IMG/VR virus record: IMGVR_UViG_3300011338_000058
Location: 1-35,563 of that record
DNA from: a virus
Lineage: Duplodnaviria; Caudoviricetes
Length of the DNA: 35,563 nucleotides
Direction: 5' to 3' (one strand)
Position numbers and translations under genes: made by a program. The notes under the pieces were generated by a model. That model had not been told where the DNA came from, made no database searches, and saw nothing but the letters and a program-made list of their open reading frames with translations. Below, in pieces: positions 17,819 through 24,690 of the stretch (within the stretch, counting starts at the first letter, position 1; every line of letters begins with the position of its first letter).

Positions 17819-19966
17819 ATGGCAACAATGTATCAAGACCCATTTGGCGCAGCAGACTACTCGGCAGAGGGTATGCCGAGCTTGTTGTCTCTGAGTAATT
17901 TGGAGTCTCTTGGGCGTGGATCGATTGCTGGTTTGCTTGGCCTGCCAGAAGATTTGCGAAAAATGCTGGTCACTAAAAAGATGCAAGAAAACATGGATTT
18001 TCTTTCGTCACAAAGTGGAGTCCCTCAAGTCCCATACTTCTTACCTAGCAGCGAAGAATTAAAAAAGCGCACGCCACGCATGACTGCGCCAAACCAACTG
18101 ACTGGACTGCTTGAAGATATTGGTAGCTTCATGTCACCAGTGCCTGCGGCTGCTGCTGTGCCTTTGGCGAGGGGTGGTAAAGCTGTTGCGCGTATGGCTG
18201 GAACGCGTATGGCTGAAAACGCGGCAATGGGAATACCTAATTTGCCTGGCTTGCTTGCTGAACCATCATCAGTACTGTTCGCAGCTCCACCAGCAAGAAA
18301 AGGTGTTGGAAAGTCAAAGAATAGAGTTGGCACAACTGGTCAATATGTTGGCGCACCACAAGGAATTGACAGTCCACAAAAGTTGGCTGCAATGCGTGCA
18401 AACTACATGAAAGATGTTATTGAGGGTATACCTGGCCGCAATTGGTATGAAGATTCAAGTAAATGGATTGGAGAAGTCGCTCCAGCAAATAGAGAGCAAG
18501 CAATTGCAGACACTATCGGTGTTTCATCACAAGGAACTGGTGTTGATCCAAATCTTGGGTTCGCTGTTAAGGGTGTAAACCAATACGCAGCAGGACTTCC
18601 TGTAGAAACTGGAAGATTCCCTGGAAATCAATCACCATTAATTCAAAATGCACTTGCAGGAATTCAACAGCATCTTGGACCAAAGCGCCAGCCGTTTGCG
18701 TCAAATTTGAGCGTTGATTGGAATCCTGCAATGGCACAACACCCAGTGCATGACATTTGGCAAGGACGCGCATTTGGCTATAAAACTCCAGAGGGAAAGC
18801 CATGGGACGCTGGATTTAGCCCACAGCAACACGCATTCATGGACCAGCAAATGGTTGCAGTTCAAGATCAGTTAAATAAAAATAAAGTTGGTGGATTCAC
18901 TGATTGGAATCCATTGAACACGCAAGCAGCAGCATGGACTGGTGCAAAGATTAGATCAGGTGATTTGGTATCAAGTGAGGCGGCAATGCACTATGGAGAC
19001 TTCTCTCCAAAGTATCAGGCTATGGCTACTCACGAACAAGCGCCAGGTGCTGGAGTTGGACACATTGAAAATTTATTATCTATGCCTTATGAAGAAAGGC
19101 TTGCATTTCAAAATGCTGTCCCGTGGACAGATATAAGAGGACGAGACAAAATTTATGGAGCTGGTGGCCTACTTGTTGAACCATCAACAAAAATGGTTGG
19201 TGCATATACGCCAAAAGGAACTGGTCTTTTAGAGGTTAATCCTGGTGAAGTTGCGCGACCACTTGTCCAACAGGCTGGCGGTTCAATTATTCCAAGTGAT
19301 GCACAAATGCTTAACATTGGTGAATCGTCACGCGCATTTATTGATGCACAAAATGCTGGCGCATGGCACAAAATAATTCCAGATACACAGACAACTGCCG
19401 GAGAAAGAAACAGCTTAAACATTCCATTGAGCGAAAGCCCAACACCAGAACAAATGGCAAAGTTAGATCAAATTGCAAAGCAAAATGGTATGTTTGCTGT
19501 AGACACTGGAAAAGGCGTAAACCTAATTAATGACCCATATTCACCAATTGGCAAAGCGAGGACCGGCGTCACATTATCAAAAGATTTAAAAGGTAACCTT
19601 GGAACTGAGTTGCAAAATGTAATTGGTAGCACTGGTCAACGAGTGAAAATTGAAACTGGATATCAGGATTATGAAAACCTTTGGAAAGAAGCAGGCAAAG
19701 GTAAAGCTACTAAACAATTCTTAGACACATTAAATACAAACCCATATTTTGCTCAAAGTATTGAACCAGCACTGCAACAAAAGGCGCTTGCAAATATGCA
19801 GCGAGATGCAGAATTTGCAAAACGCACTGGTGGGAAAGTAAGAGAAGATATCCAACGCGCAAGAGAGATTTTTGCTGCAAAAGGTATTGCAGGACTTACG
19901 GCTGCTCTGGCTTCTGGTGTTGTTCTTGCTGGTCCTGCACGCGAGGTACTTGATCCAGCGAAGTAG
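17819..19966 (+). CDS. Putative ejected protein carrying an HhH-GPD DNA glycosylase-like domain
   Basis: Ejection-protein-like N-terminus, then ordered motifs WY..S..N..GPK...F..NL..VHDIW..R..QAAAW. Confidence 0.6.
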   Translation: MATMYQDPFGAADYSAEGMPSLLSLSNLESLGRGSIAGLLGLPEDLRKMLVTKKMQENMDFLSSQSGVPQVPYFLPSSEELKKRTPRMTAPNQLTGLLEDIGSFMSPVPAAAAVPLARGGKAVARMAGTRMAENAAMGIPNLPGLLAEPSSVLFAAPPARKGVGKSKNRVGTTGQYVGAPQGIDSPQKLAAMRANYMKDVIEGIPGRNWYEDSSKWIGEVAPANREQAIADTIGVSSQGTGVDPNLGFAVKGVNQYAAGLPVETGRFPGNQSPLIQNALAGIQQHLGPKRQPFASNLSVDWNPAMAQHPVHDIWQGRAFGYKTPEGKPWDAGFSPQQHAFMDQQMVAVQDQLNKNKVGGFTDWNPLNTQAAAWTGAKIRSGDLVSSEAAMHYGDFSPKYQAMATHEQAPGAGVGHIENLLSMPYEERLAFQNAVPWTDIRGRDKIYGAGGLLVEPSTKMVGAYTPKGTGLLEVNPGEVARPLVQQAGGSIIPSDAQMLNIGESSRAFIDAQNAGAWHKIIPDTQTTAGERNSLNIPLSESPTPEQMAKLDQIAKQNGMFAVDTGKGVNLINDPYSPIGKARTGVTLSKDLKGNLGTELQNVIGSTGQRVKIETGYQDYENLWKEAGKGKATKQFLDTLNTNPYFAQSIEPALQQKALANMQRDAEFAKRTGGKVREDIQRAREIFAAKGIAGLTAALASGVVLAGPAREVLDPAK

Positions 19967-20099
19967 AACGATGATTAGCTGATGGGAATAATTTAACTCC
20001 AGCCATTCTTCTGATTTGTTCTGCCTCTTCAGTAGGTGTCAAATTAACCGAGATAATTTCAGTGAATCCATTTTCATGGGTGATGTATTTATAAGGCAT
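19896..20099 (-). CDS. Small hypothetical protein, convergent with and overlapping the 715-aa gene
   Basis: 67 aa from ATG 20099 (MPYKYITHENG) with GGAG RBS, overlapping the stop of the upstream HTH gene. Confidence 0.55.
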   Translation of the reverse strand: MPYKYITHENGFTEIISVNLTPTEEAEQIRRMAGVKLFPSANHRSTSLDQVPRVQDQQEQHQKPEQP

Positions 20100-20466
20100 T
20101 TGATTCTCCAAACAGCGCAGCCACCAGCGGGTCACGCTTAATCTTCCACTTCTTTGCTCTCTCACGCGCCATGCGAAAGGCGTGATCGTCTAGTGTCTCC
20201 TTGGACCGCCAGCGTTTGAGTCTCTCTGCTGGCGTCATAGGTGCAGGCTTGACGGCATCAGTGCCAATGCCATGCCTATATACAGCCACCAGCACATTGC
20301 CTGATCTGCGCCATTCTTGGATGTGTACGACACCTTGCTGGCGCAGCTTATTAATCAGTATCTGCGCCGACCTCTCGGTGCAGTACACCTTGGCGGCCAC
20401 CTCGGGTGCGGTGCATCCAACGCGCTGGAGCAGATCGACAATGCGCGGCAGCCGTACAGACTTCAT
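20089..20466 (-). CDS. Winged-HTH DNA-binding protein
   Basis: CTAPEVAAKVYCTERSAQILINKLRQQGVV helix-turn-helix followed by beta wing, ATGA-coupled. Confidence 0.75.
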   Translation of the reverse strand: MKSVRLPRIVDLLQRVGCTAPEVAAKVYCTERSAQILINKLRQQGVVHIQEWRRSGNVLVAVYRHGIGTDAVKPAPMTPAERLKRWRSKETLDDHAFRMARERAKKWKIKRDPLVAALFGESNAL

Positions 20467-20630
20467 TTGTTGAGATGCTCGCGTCTTAGGTGGCGATCTG
20501 CTTCTTCTTTGTCGGTGAAGATCAAGCCGCAGCGCGTGCAGCGGTAACTCTTACCCTCATAGACGCTGGTCTGCTTCTCAGGGTGCTGGCCTTTGACTTT
20601 TCCAGTAAAGGTGCGAATTGTCTCAATCAT
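20463..20630 (-). CDS. C2H2 zinc-finger microprotein (55 aa, not in the ORF track)
   Basis: Manual translation ends YRCTRCGLIFTDKEEADRHLRREHLNK. ATGA overlaps at both ends. Confidence 0.75.
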   Translation of the reverse strand: MIETIRTFTGKVKGQHPEKQTSVYEGKSYRCTRCGLIFTDKEEADRHLRREHLNK

Positions 20631-20806
20631 TTGCTTGACTTTGCTTGCGAGTAGGCGGTGACTTGTTTCTTCTCATGCAGTCCAATCTTAGCCTGCGCTG
20701 CTTGACCCCATGCTCTGCCTTGGGAGATCATTTTCAGCTCTTTGTCACGACTCCAAATTGATGGTGTGCCATCTTTCCAGTCAAAGGCGGTCTTTATCTT
20801 ATTCAT
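20627..20806 (-). CDS. Hypothetical microprotein (59 aa)
   Basis: MNKIKTAFDWKDG..., GGAGGG RBS, ATGA overlaps at both ends. Confidence 0.7.
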   Translation of the reverse strand: MNKIKTAFDWKDGTPSIWSRDKELKMISQGRAWGQAAQAKIGLHEKKQVTAYSQAKSSK

Positions 20807-21024
20807 GCGTAATCACCCTCCTTTGTGTGTTCTGTCAGTCGCGCAGACAGGCGCTCAATTCGCTGCTCGTTGTACTGGATAGCTGCCCTTGCATATTCAG
20901 CCGCAGTCTCAGCTTCCAACTTGCGTAGGTGCGCCTCATGCAGTTCACTGGCAATGATTTCATGGATGGTCTTTGCCCTGATGACATCCTTGATGTACTT
21001 GATGGTTGTCTCTCTGAATGTCAT
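20803..21024 (-). CDS. Small coiled-coil protein
   Basis: 73 aa, ATGA-coupled, EL.EA....LEA..AAEYA.A...YN..RI.RL. Confidence 0.75.
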   Translation of the reverse strand: MTFRETTIKYIKDVIRAKTIHEIIASELHEAHLRKLEAETAAEYARAAIQYNEQRIERLSARLTEHTKEGDYA

Positions 21025-21590
21025 GTGTTCTTCTCCTTGAGTTTGGCTTCAACTGAATCCATCACAGCTTGAACTTGTTTTGTATATGTATAAAGTTTTC
21101 CATACCATTTAAGAAAGATGTTTTTCTTTTCCTCTGCCGTCAGCCCTACCCATGTGCGCTGTGGTGGTGTTAAATAAGCGTTTGAGTCTTTGAGGTCACC
21201 ACTGCCTATCCATGTGTTCTCCTGTGGTGGTGTGCAAGTGTGAATGGTGGTTAAGTCTGCTGTGCGTTTTCCGCATCGAGGGCAGAAGTTCTGCTTTGTG
21301 CGCTGTGGTGGGGGCATACAAAGATCGCCCTCATTTACCCAACAGAGAACAGCATCACCCGCCGCATAAAGTTCAGGGCTTATGTTTTTGCGCCATTCTT
21401 CAAAGTCATTTCCCTTTACTCGCTCCAATCTTGGGCGACACACCACAGGCTCTTGCGTCTGTGCCAAGGCTTGTGCCGCCATGTTCAATAACATGATGTC
21501 TGACGCATCAATCTTGATGCCCTCATGCCAACCTTCGCTAAATCTCACCGCAAGTTCCTCAAGCTCTATCTTAATTTCTTCTTGTGTCAT
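21021..21590 (-). CDS. Mosaic hypothetical protein with PPQ(R/E) linkers and a CxxC..H.C module
   Basis: QEPV, three PPQ linkers, CPRCG..HTC and an EAKLKEKNT terminus. Confidence 0.7.
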   Translation of the reverse strand: MTQEEIKIELEELAVRFSEGWHEGIKIDASDIMLLNMAAQALAQTQEPVVCRPRLERVKGNDFEEWRKNISPELYAAGDAVLCWVNEGDLCMPPPQRTKQNFCPRCGKRTADLTTIHTCTPPQENTWIGSGDLKDSNAYLTPPQRTWVGLTAEEKKNIFLKWYGKLYTYTKQVQAVMDSVEAKLKEKNT

Positions 21591-21823
21591 GCTTGCCCCC
21601 TTGCTCTGATGGCTTTTAATGCAAAAGTTAGATTAACTATTCTTCCCTCTTTTGAAGCATCTTCTAACACCTTTGCACACGCTTCTCTTTCCTTGTCTGC
21701 GGCATTTGACCAAGCAATCTGTGTAATGCGATGGGCAAATTCTTCCATGTCTTCAGTCGGTAACGGCAAAATTCCACTGCCCTCTTCCCACCACCATGTT
21801 GCGTATGCTTGCTCTTGTGTCAT
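21587..21823 (-). CDS. Hypothetical protein (EREACAK..AIRARG type)
   Basis: 78 aa, GGAGG RBS, ATGA-coupled. Confidence 0.75.
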   Translation of the reverse strand: MTQEQAYATWWWEEGSGILPLPTEDMEEFAHRITQIAWSNAADKEREACAKVLEDASKEGRIVNLTFALKAIRARGQA

Positions 21824-21978
21824 TTCTTCACCTCCTTAATCTCTTTCTGTATCCCTGCGCTCATTTGCAGAAACATCCGCATCCACTTCACACCGCCAAG
21901 CCTTACATACTCGGCGTACTCGGATTGGGTGAGTCGCAACGTGATGGCGCGTCCCAGTTCTGTCTTCTCTTTAATCAT
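21820..21978 (-). CDS. Ribbon-helix-helix-like microprotein (52 aa)
   Basis: MIKEKTELGRAITLRLTQSEYAEYVRLGGVKWMR has an alternating beta strand followed by two helices. GAGG RBS. Confidence 0.6.
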   Translation of the reverse strand: MIKEKTELGRAITLRLTQSEYAEYVRLGGVKWMRMFLQMSAGIQKEIKEVKK

Positions 21979-22085
21979 CAGTCAACCTCAAATTGCAAAA
22001 TAAGCCAAACAAAAATAAACAGCGTTCCAATCACCACAGCAACGCCAAACAAGGCGATCATGAAGAAGATCAGGGCAGTTTGCAT
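21978..22085 (-). CDS. Single-TM microprotein (35 aa)
   Basis: MQTALIFFMIALFGVAVVIGTLFIFVWLILQFEVD, GAGG RBS, TGATG overlap with the next gene. Confidence 0.6.
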   Translation of the reverse strand: MQTALIFFMIALFGVAVVIGTLFIFVWLILQFEVD

Positions 22086-22228
22086 GGCTTGGCCTCACTT
22101 GGTGGAGTCCAACCAAAGCGCCGCCAAGTGGCCTGCACATCAGTTGGCTTGGGATACTTAAACTCTTTGGCGTAGGCGCTTGGGAGCGTCACTTTTGTGC
22201 CGATTGGAGGACGCCAGTCGCCTCTCAT
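22070..22228 (-). CDS. Hypothetical microprotein (52 aa)
   Basis: MRGDWRPP..TDVQATWRRFGWTPPSE, ATGA-coupled. Confidence 0.65.
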   Translation of the reverse strand: MRGDWRPPIGTKVTLPSAYAKEFKYPKPTDVQATWRRFGWTPPSEAKPCKLP

Positions 22229-22494
22229 TTCTGCACCGCCAAGAGTTCCATCTCAGCCTCTTTGAGGCGCTCTTGGATGCACTTCATCTCATACTCAAGC
22301 TGATCGAGCTGGCGCTGCATACGCTCGCGGGTGAACCTCTCAGCGTGCGCCCATCCAATGACAGCGCCACAGGTCACAGACTTGCGGATGAGTTGGACCA
22401 TCTCGGCCTGCGTCATAACGCCAATAGCAGTCTCTTTGGGTGGGGAGAGGCGCAGCACCTCGGCGTCTATTTCGTCTTGCATCTTCTTGCTCAT
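22225..22494 (-). CDS. Hypothetical protein with C-terminal coiled coil
   Basis: Start MSKKMQDE at an ATGA overlap with GAGGG RBS. Confidence 0.7.
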   Translation of the reverse strand: MSKKMQDEIDAEVLRLSPPKETAIGVMTQAEMVQLIRKSVTCGAVIGWAHAERFTRERMQRQLDQLEYEMKCIQERLKEAEMELLAVQK

Positions 22495-22658
22495 ACTTCC
22501 CTCGCTTTCAGTTTGCATTCATAGACTTTTTTGGCGACATAGAACTGCCCCATCTTTTCGCATTCTTCACCAATAATTGATGCTGATATTGCCCATGTCA
22601 AACCAATAAATACACCAACAATGATTGATGTAATTACTCCAACAAAAAAATCAGTCAT
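22491..22658 (-). CDS. AT-rich single-TM microprotein (55 aa)
   Basis: MTDFFVGVITSIIVGVFIGLTWAISASIIGEEC..YECKLKAREV, flanked by 21-bp direct repeats. Confidence 0.7.
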   Translation of the reverse strand: MTDFFVGVITSIIVGVFIGLTWAISASIIGEECEKMGQFYVAKKVYECKLKAREV

Positions 22659-22675
22659 ACTTCCCTCGCTTTCAG
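22491..22675. repeat. Pair of perfect 21-bp direct repeats at gene junctions
   Basis: TCATACTTCCCTCGCTTTCAG at 22491-22511 and 22655-22675. Confidence 0.9.
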
Positions 22676-22864
22676 CATTGCGTCTGCTAGGTCGTAGGCT
22701 TCTGCCGCCAAGCGGTTGCTAGACCATTCCATAGATGGCCCACTTGCACAAATACCTTGCATAACCTTTGCCGCAAAATAATCACGCAATGTCATGCCTC
22801 TTGAATTTGTTTCTTGGTCTTCTATGTAAACGCTTTGACTTGGAAATGCTGGTGGGTTGCTCAT
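22655..22864 (-). CDS. Hypothetical protein (GMTLRDYFAAK type)
   Basis: PAFP..GMTLRDYFAAK.MQ..AY.LADAMLKAR, a motif common in proteobacterial phages. Confidence 0.8.
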   Translation of the reverse strand: MSNPPAFPSQSVYIEDQETNSRGMTLRDYFAAKVMQGICASGPSMEWSSNRLAAEAYDLADAMLKAREV

Positions 22865-23001
22865 GATGTCCACCATGCTGTGATCAAGAGGGCGAGGCCA
22901 ACGCCGATAGCGATGGCGGTGAGGAAGTCAAGGGCAGAGTCAGCGCGGCGATTTAAGTGCCTCTTTTCTGCTTCCATGTAGGGATGTTGGGTGTAGTTCA
23001 T
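22861..23001 (-). CDS. Single-TM microprotein (46 aa)
   Basis: MNYTQHPY..DFLTAIAIGVGLALLITAWWTS, AAGGA RBS, ATGA-coupled to the next gene. Confidence 0.65.
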   Translation of the reverse strand: MNYTQHPYMEAEKRHLNRRADSALDFLTAIAIGVGLALLITAWWTS

Positions 23002-23013
23002 TTCAAAGTTTCC

Positions 23014-23241
23014 TTAGAGTTGAAATTGCTGATGCTGCTTGAGGTCATACTTCATTGTGTCCTTACCACGTATAACGTATTGAACGCAAGCATCGCCATG
23101 TTCTTTGAAAAAAGGAAGATGGTGTTTTGCATCAGGGAAGTGTTGTTGGATTTGTTCAAGGCTCATGTGAGCGCCATCAACCAAACGCAACAGCCATGCG
23201 TTGTTGGCAATGATTGCGGTGATGGTGGTAGTTTCTTTCAT
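23014..23241 (-). CDS. Hypothetical early protein
   Basis: 75 aa, TAAGGA RBS. Confidence 0.7.
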   Translation of the reverse strand: MKETTTITAIIANNAWLLRLVDGAHMSLEQIQQHFPDAKHHLPFFKEHGDACVQYVIRGKDTMKYDLKQHQQFQL

Positions 23242-23253
23242 GGTGTTTTCCTT

Positions 23254-23275
23254 AAAAGTGGAGGCCGAAGCCCCC
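23254..23275 (-). terminator. C(UUCG)G hairpin between the first two leftward genes (weak terminator or mRNA stabiliser)
   Basis: Minus strand reads GGGGGC-TTCG-GCCTCC-ACTTTT. Confidence 0.55.
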
Positions 23276-23282
23276 TGGTTGA

Positions 23283-23510
23283 TTATTTAGAACGGCGAGT
23301 GAAAAGTGCCAAAGCACTTTCAAAGGGTAAGTTTTTCTCAACATAGCGCCAAGTCTTGCTCATGCCGCCATGAACTTTGCCGTTATAGTTTTCACACAGT
23401 TTGTACACCGCATAGGTGCAGTCATCTGCATCAGCAGACAAACCAGTGTGAACGGCAAACAACCCATACTGAACGCCGTTTTTGTTTGTTTTGATTTCGA
23501 CTGCTTTCAT
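23283..23510 (-). CDS. First gene of the leftward early operon, hypothetical
   Basis: 75 aa, AGGGG RBS, directly downstream of the leftward promoter. Confidence 0.75.
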   Translation of the reverse strand: MKAVEIKTNKNGVQYGLFAVHTGLSADADDCTYAVYKLCENYNGKVHGGMSKTWRYVEKNLPFESALALFTRRSK

Positions 23511-23540
23511 TCTGTACCCCTGTTTGCTGTTGATGGATGA

Positions 23541-23568
23541 ATCATATCAGCTTTGATGAAGTCGTCAA
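23541..23568 (-). promoter_or_regulatory. Leftward sigma70 promoter with overlapping palindromic operator candidate
   Basis: Minus strand TTGACG-16 bp-TATGAT with an extended TGn -10. Palindrome TTGATG-aagt-CGTCAA at 23553-23568. Confidence 0.75.
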
Positions 23569-23620
23569 CAACTATTTTATTTACCCTACAAAGTAGTCAA
23601 CTATTATTCCTGTAAACTTA

Positions 23621-23693
23621 ACAACGGCGGTCTTTTTGGGTTCTACCGCCAGTTGCCTTTTAGGGGGTCAGCGTGAGTTGATCCCCTTTTTTT
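23621..23693 (+). ncRNA. Candidate small RNA of about 70 nt (two hairpins)
   Basis: TAAACT -10-like element at 23613-23618, hairpin CAAC-GGCGGT..ACCGCC-A-GTTG, then an intrinsic terminator. No ORF. Confidence 0.5.
23662..23693 (+). terminator. Intrinsic terminator
   Basis: AGGGGGTCAGC-GTGA-GTTGATCCCCT stem with GNRA loop, followed by a T-run. Confidence 0.8.
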
Positions 23694-23702
23694 CATTTAA
23701 AC

Positions 23703-23732
23703 TTGACGCTTTCCACAAAACATGGTTAACAT
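23703..23732 (+). promoter_or_regulatory. Rightward sigma70 promoter, probably giving a leaderless mRNA
   Basis: TTGACG-18 bp-TAACAT. The expected start site falls on ATG 23740, which has no SD sequence. Confidence 0.65.
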
Positions 23733-23739
23733 TCTACAC

Positions 23740-23979
23740 ATGAAAACGATCTCACAGGAAGCACTCCAAGCAATACGCCATAAGGTTGAGGCCGCTGGCT
23801 ACAAGATGAGCGATGTCTGCCGAGTCGCACAAATCGATCAGGCGCAGGTATCCCGCTGGATGTCGGGGACCACAGAGCCACTATACGGCAGTGTGATCCG
23901 CTTGGATCAGGCAGCCGATGCCTTGGTGTCAGCTCGCCTCACAGTCCTCAACAAAGCCATGGAAGACGCCGTCAAATGA
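23740..23979 (+). CDS. Cro/XRE-like HTH regulator
   Basis: MSDVCRVAQIDQAQVSRWMSGTTEP HTH. 79 aa, no peptidase domain. Confidence 0.85.
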   Translation: MKTISQEALQAIRHKVEAAGYKMSDVCRVAQIDQAQVSRWMSGTTEPLYGSVIRLDQAADALVSARLTVLNKAMEDAVK

Positions 23980-24467
23980 TGACCACCAACTTCAAACCTC
24001 GCAGGATCATTGGCATTGACGTTGGCTTGTCAGGCGCAATTGCCATGATGGAGGGCGAGACACTGGTTGGCATTTTCGATATGCCCACAGTGACCCTAGA
24101 CCGCAACGGCAAAGCCAAGCGTCAGATCAGCATCCCTGAGCTGATCGGCATCCTCAATGACTTCAAGCCTGATGAGGCGTACATTGAAAAGGTCTTTGCC
24201 ATGGCAGGCCAGGGAGTCACCAGCGTATTTAGCTTTGGCCGCAGCCTTGGCGCGATTGAGGGTGTCATTGCCGCAAGGTCAATCAAGGCCACTCTGATCA
24301 CGCCACAGACATGGCAAAAGGCGATGGGCGTGACAGGTGGCAAGGATGGCGCAAGGGCGCGTGCCATGGAGCTGTTCCCATGGAATGTGGACTACTTCAA
24401 GCGCAAGAAAGACGATGGCCGAGCCGATGCAGCACTGATTGCCTGTTGGGGACTGCGCCATGGATGA
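23976..24467 (+). CDS. RuvC-like Holliday junction resolvase
   Basis: IIGID.G..GAIA, YIEKV, F.FG...G, P..W.K and DGRADAALIA acidic motifs. Confidence 0.85.
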   Translation: MMTTNFKPRRIIGIDVGLSGAIAMMEGETLVGIFDMPTVTLDRNGKAKRQISIPELIGILNDFKPDEAYIEKVFAMAGQGVTSVFSFGRSLGAIEGVIAARSIKATLITPQTWQKAMGVTGGKDGARARAMELFPWNVDYFKRKKDDGRADAALIACWGLRHG

Positions 24468-24690
24468 CAAAGAACGCGCCATCATGCGAGAACACATCGT
24501 CTATTTGGCGAACCAATTGGAGCTGACACGCAAGGCAAATCAGCAGCACATCGTCTTCATAAAGCGCCTGCTTGACCCCGAGGACTTAGGTCATGCCGTC
24601 AGCAACGAATGCCGACAGATTGCATACACACTTTTAATCAACAGCTCACACCAAGAAAGAGACTCATGGCAACATCAAGACAACAGCTAA
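24460..24690 (+). CDS. Hypothetical protein
   Basis: 76 aa, FIKRLLDPEDLGHAVS.E.R motif, overlaps both neighbours. Confidence 0.7.
   Translation: MDDKERAIMREHIVYLANQLELTRKANQQHIVFIKRLLDPEDLGHAVSNECRQIAYTLLINSSHQERDSWQHQDNS

Noticed and set aside
20782-20797. 14/16 match (core GGCGGTCTTT) between the candidate sRNA and the start of the 20627-20806 gene as an antisense target
   Set aside because: A 10-nt match to some part of a 70-nt RNA is expected by chance in 35 kb, and this part of the sRNA is mostly base-paired.
23574-23600. Second leftward promoter TTGACT..TAAAAT
   Set aside because: The spacer is only 15 bp. Possible, but not supportable from sequence alone.
23621-23660. Candidate sRNA as a CRISPR-repeat mimic (RNA anti-CRISPR)
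   Set aside because: Only a vague GTTC..CGCC resemblance to type I-F repeats. The stem and 3' handle do not match.
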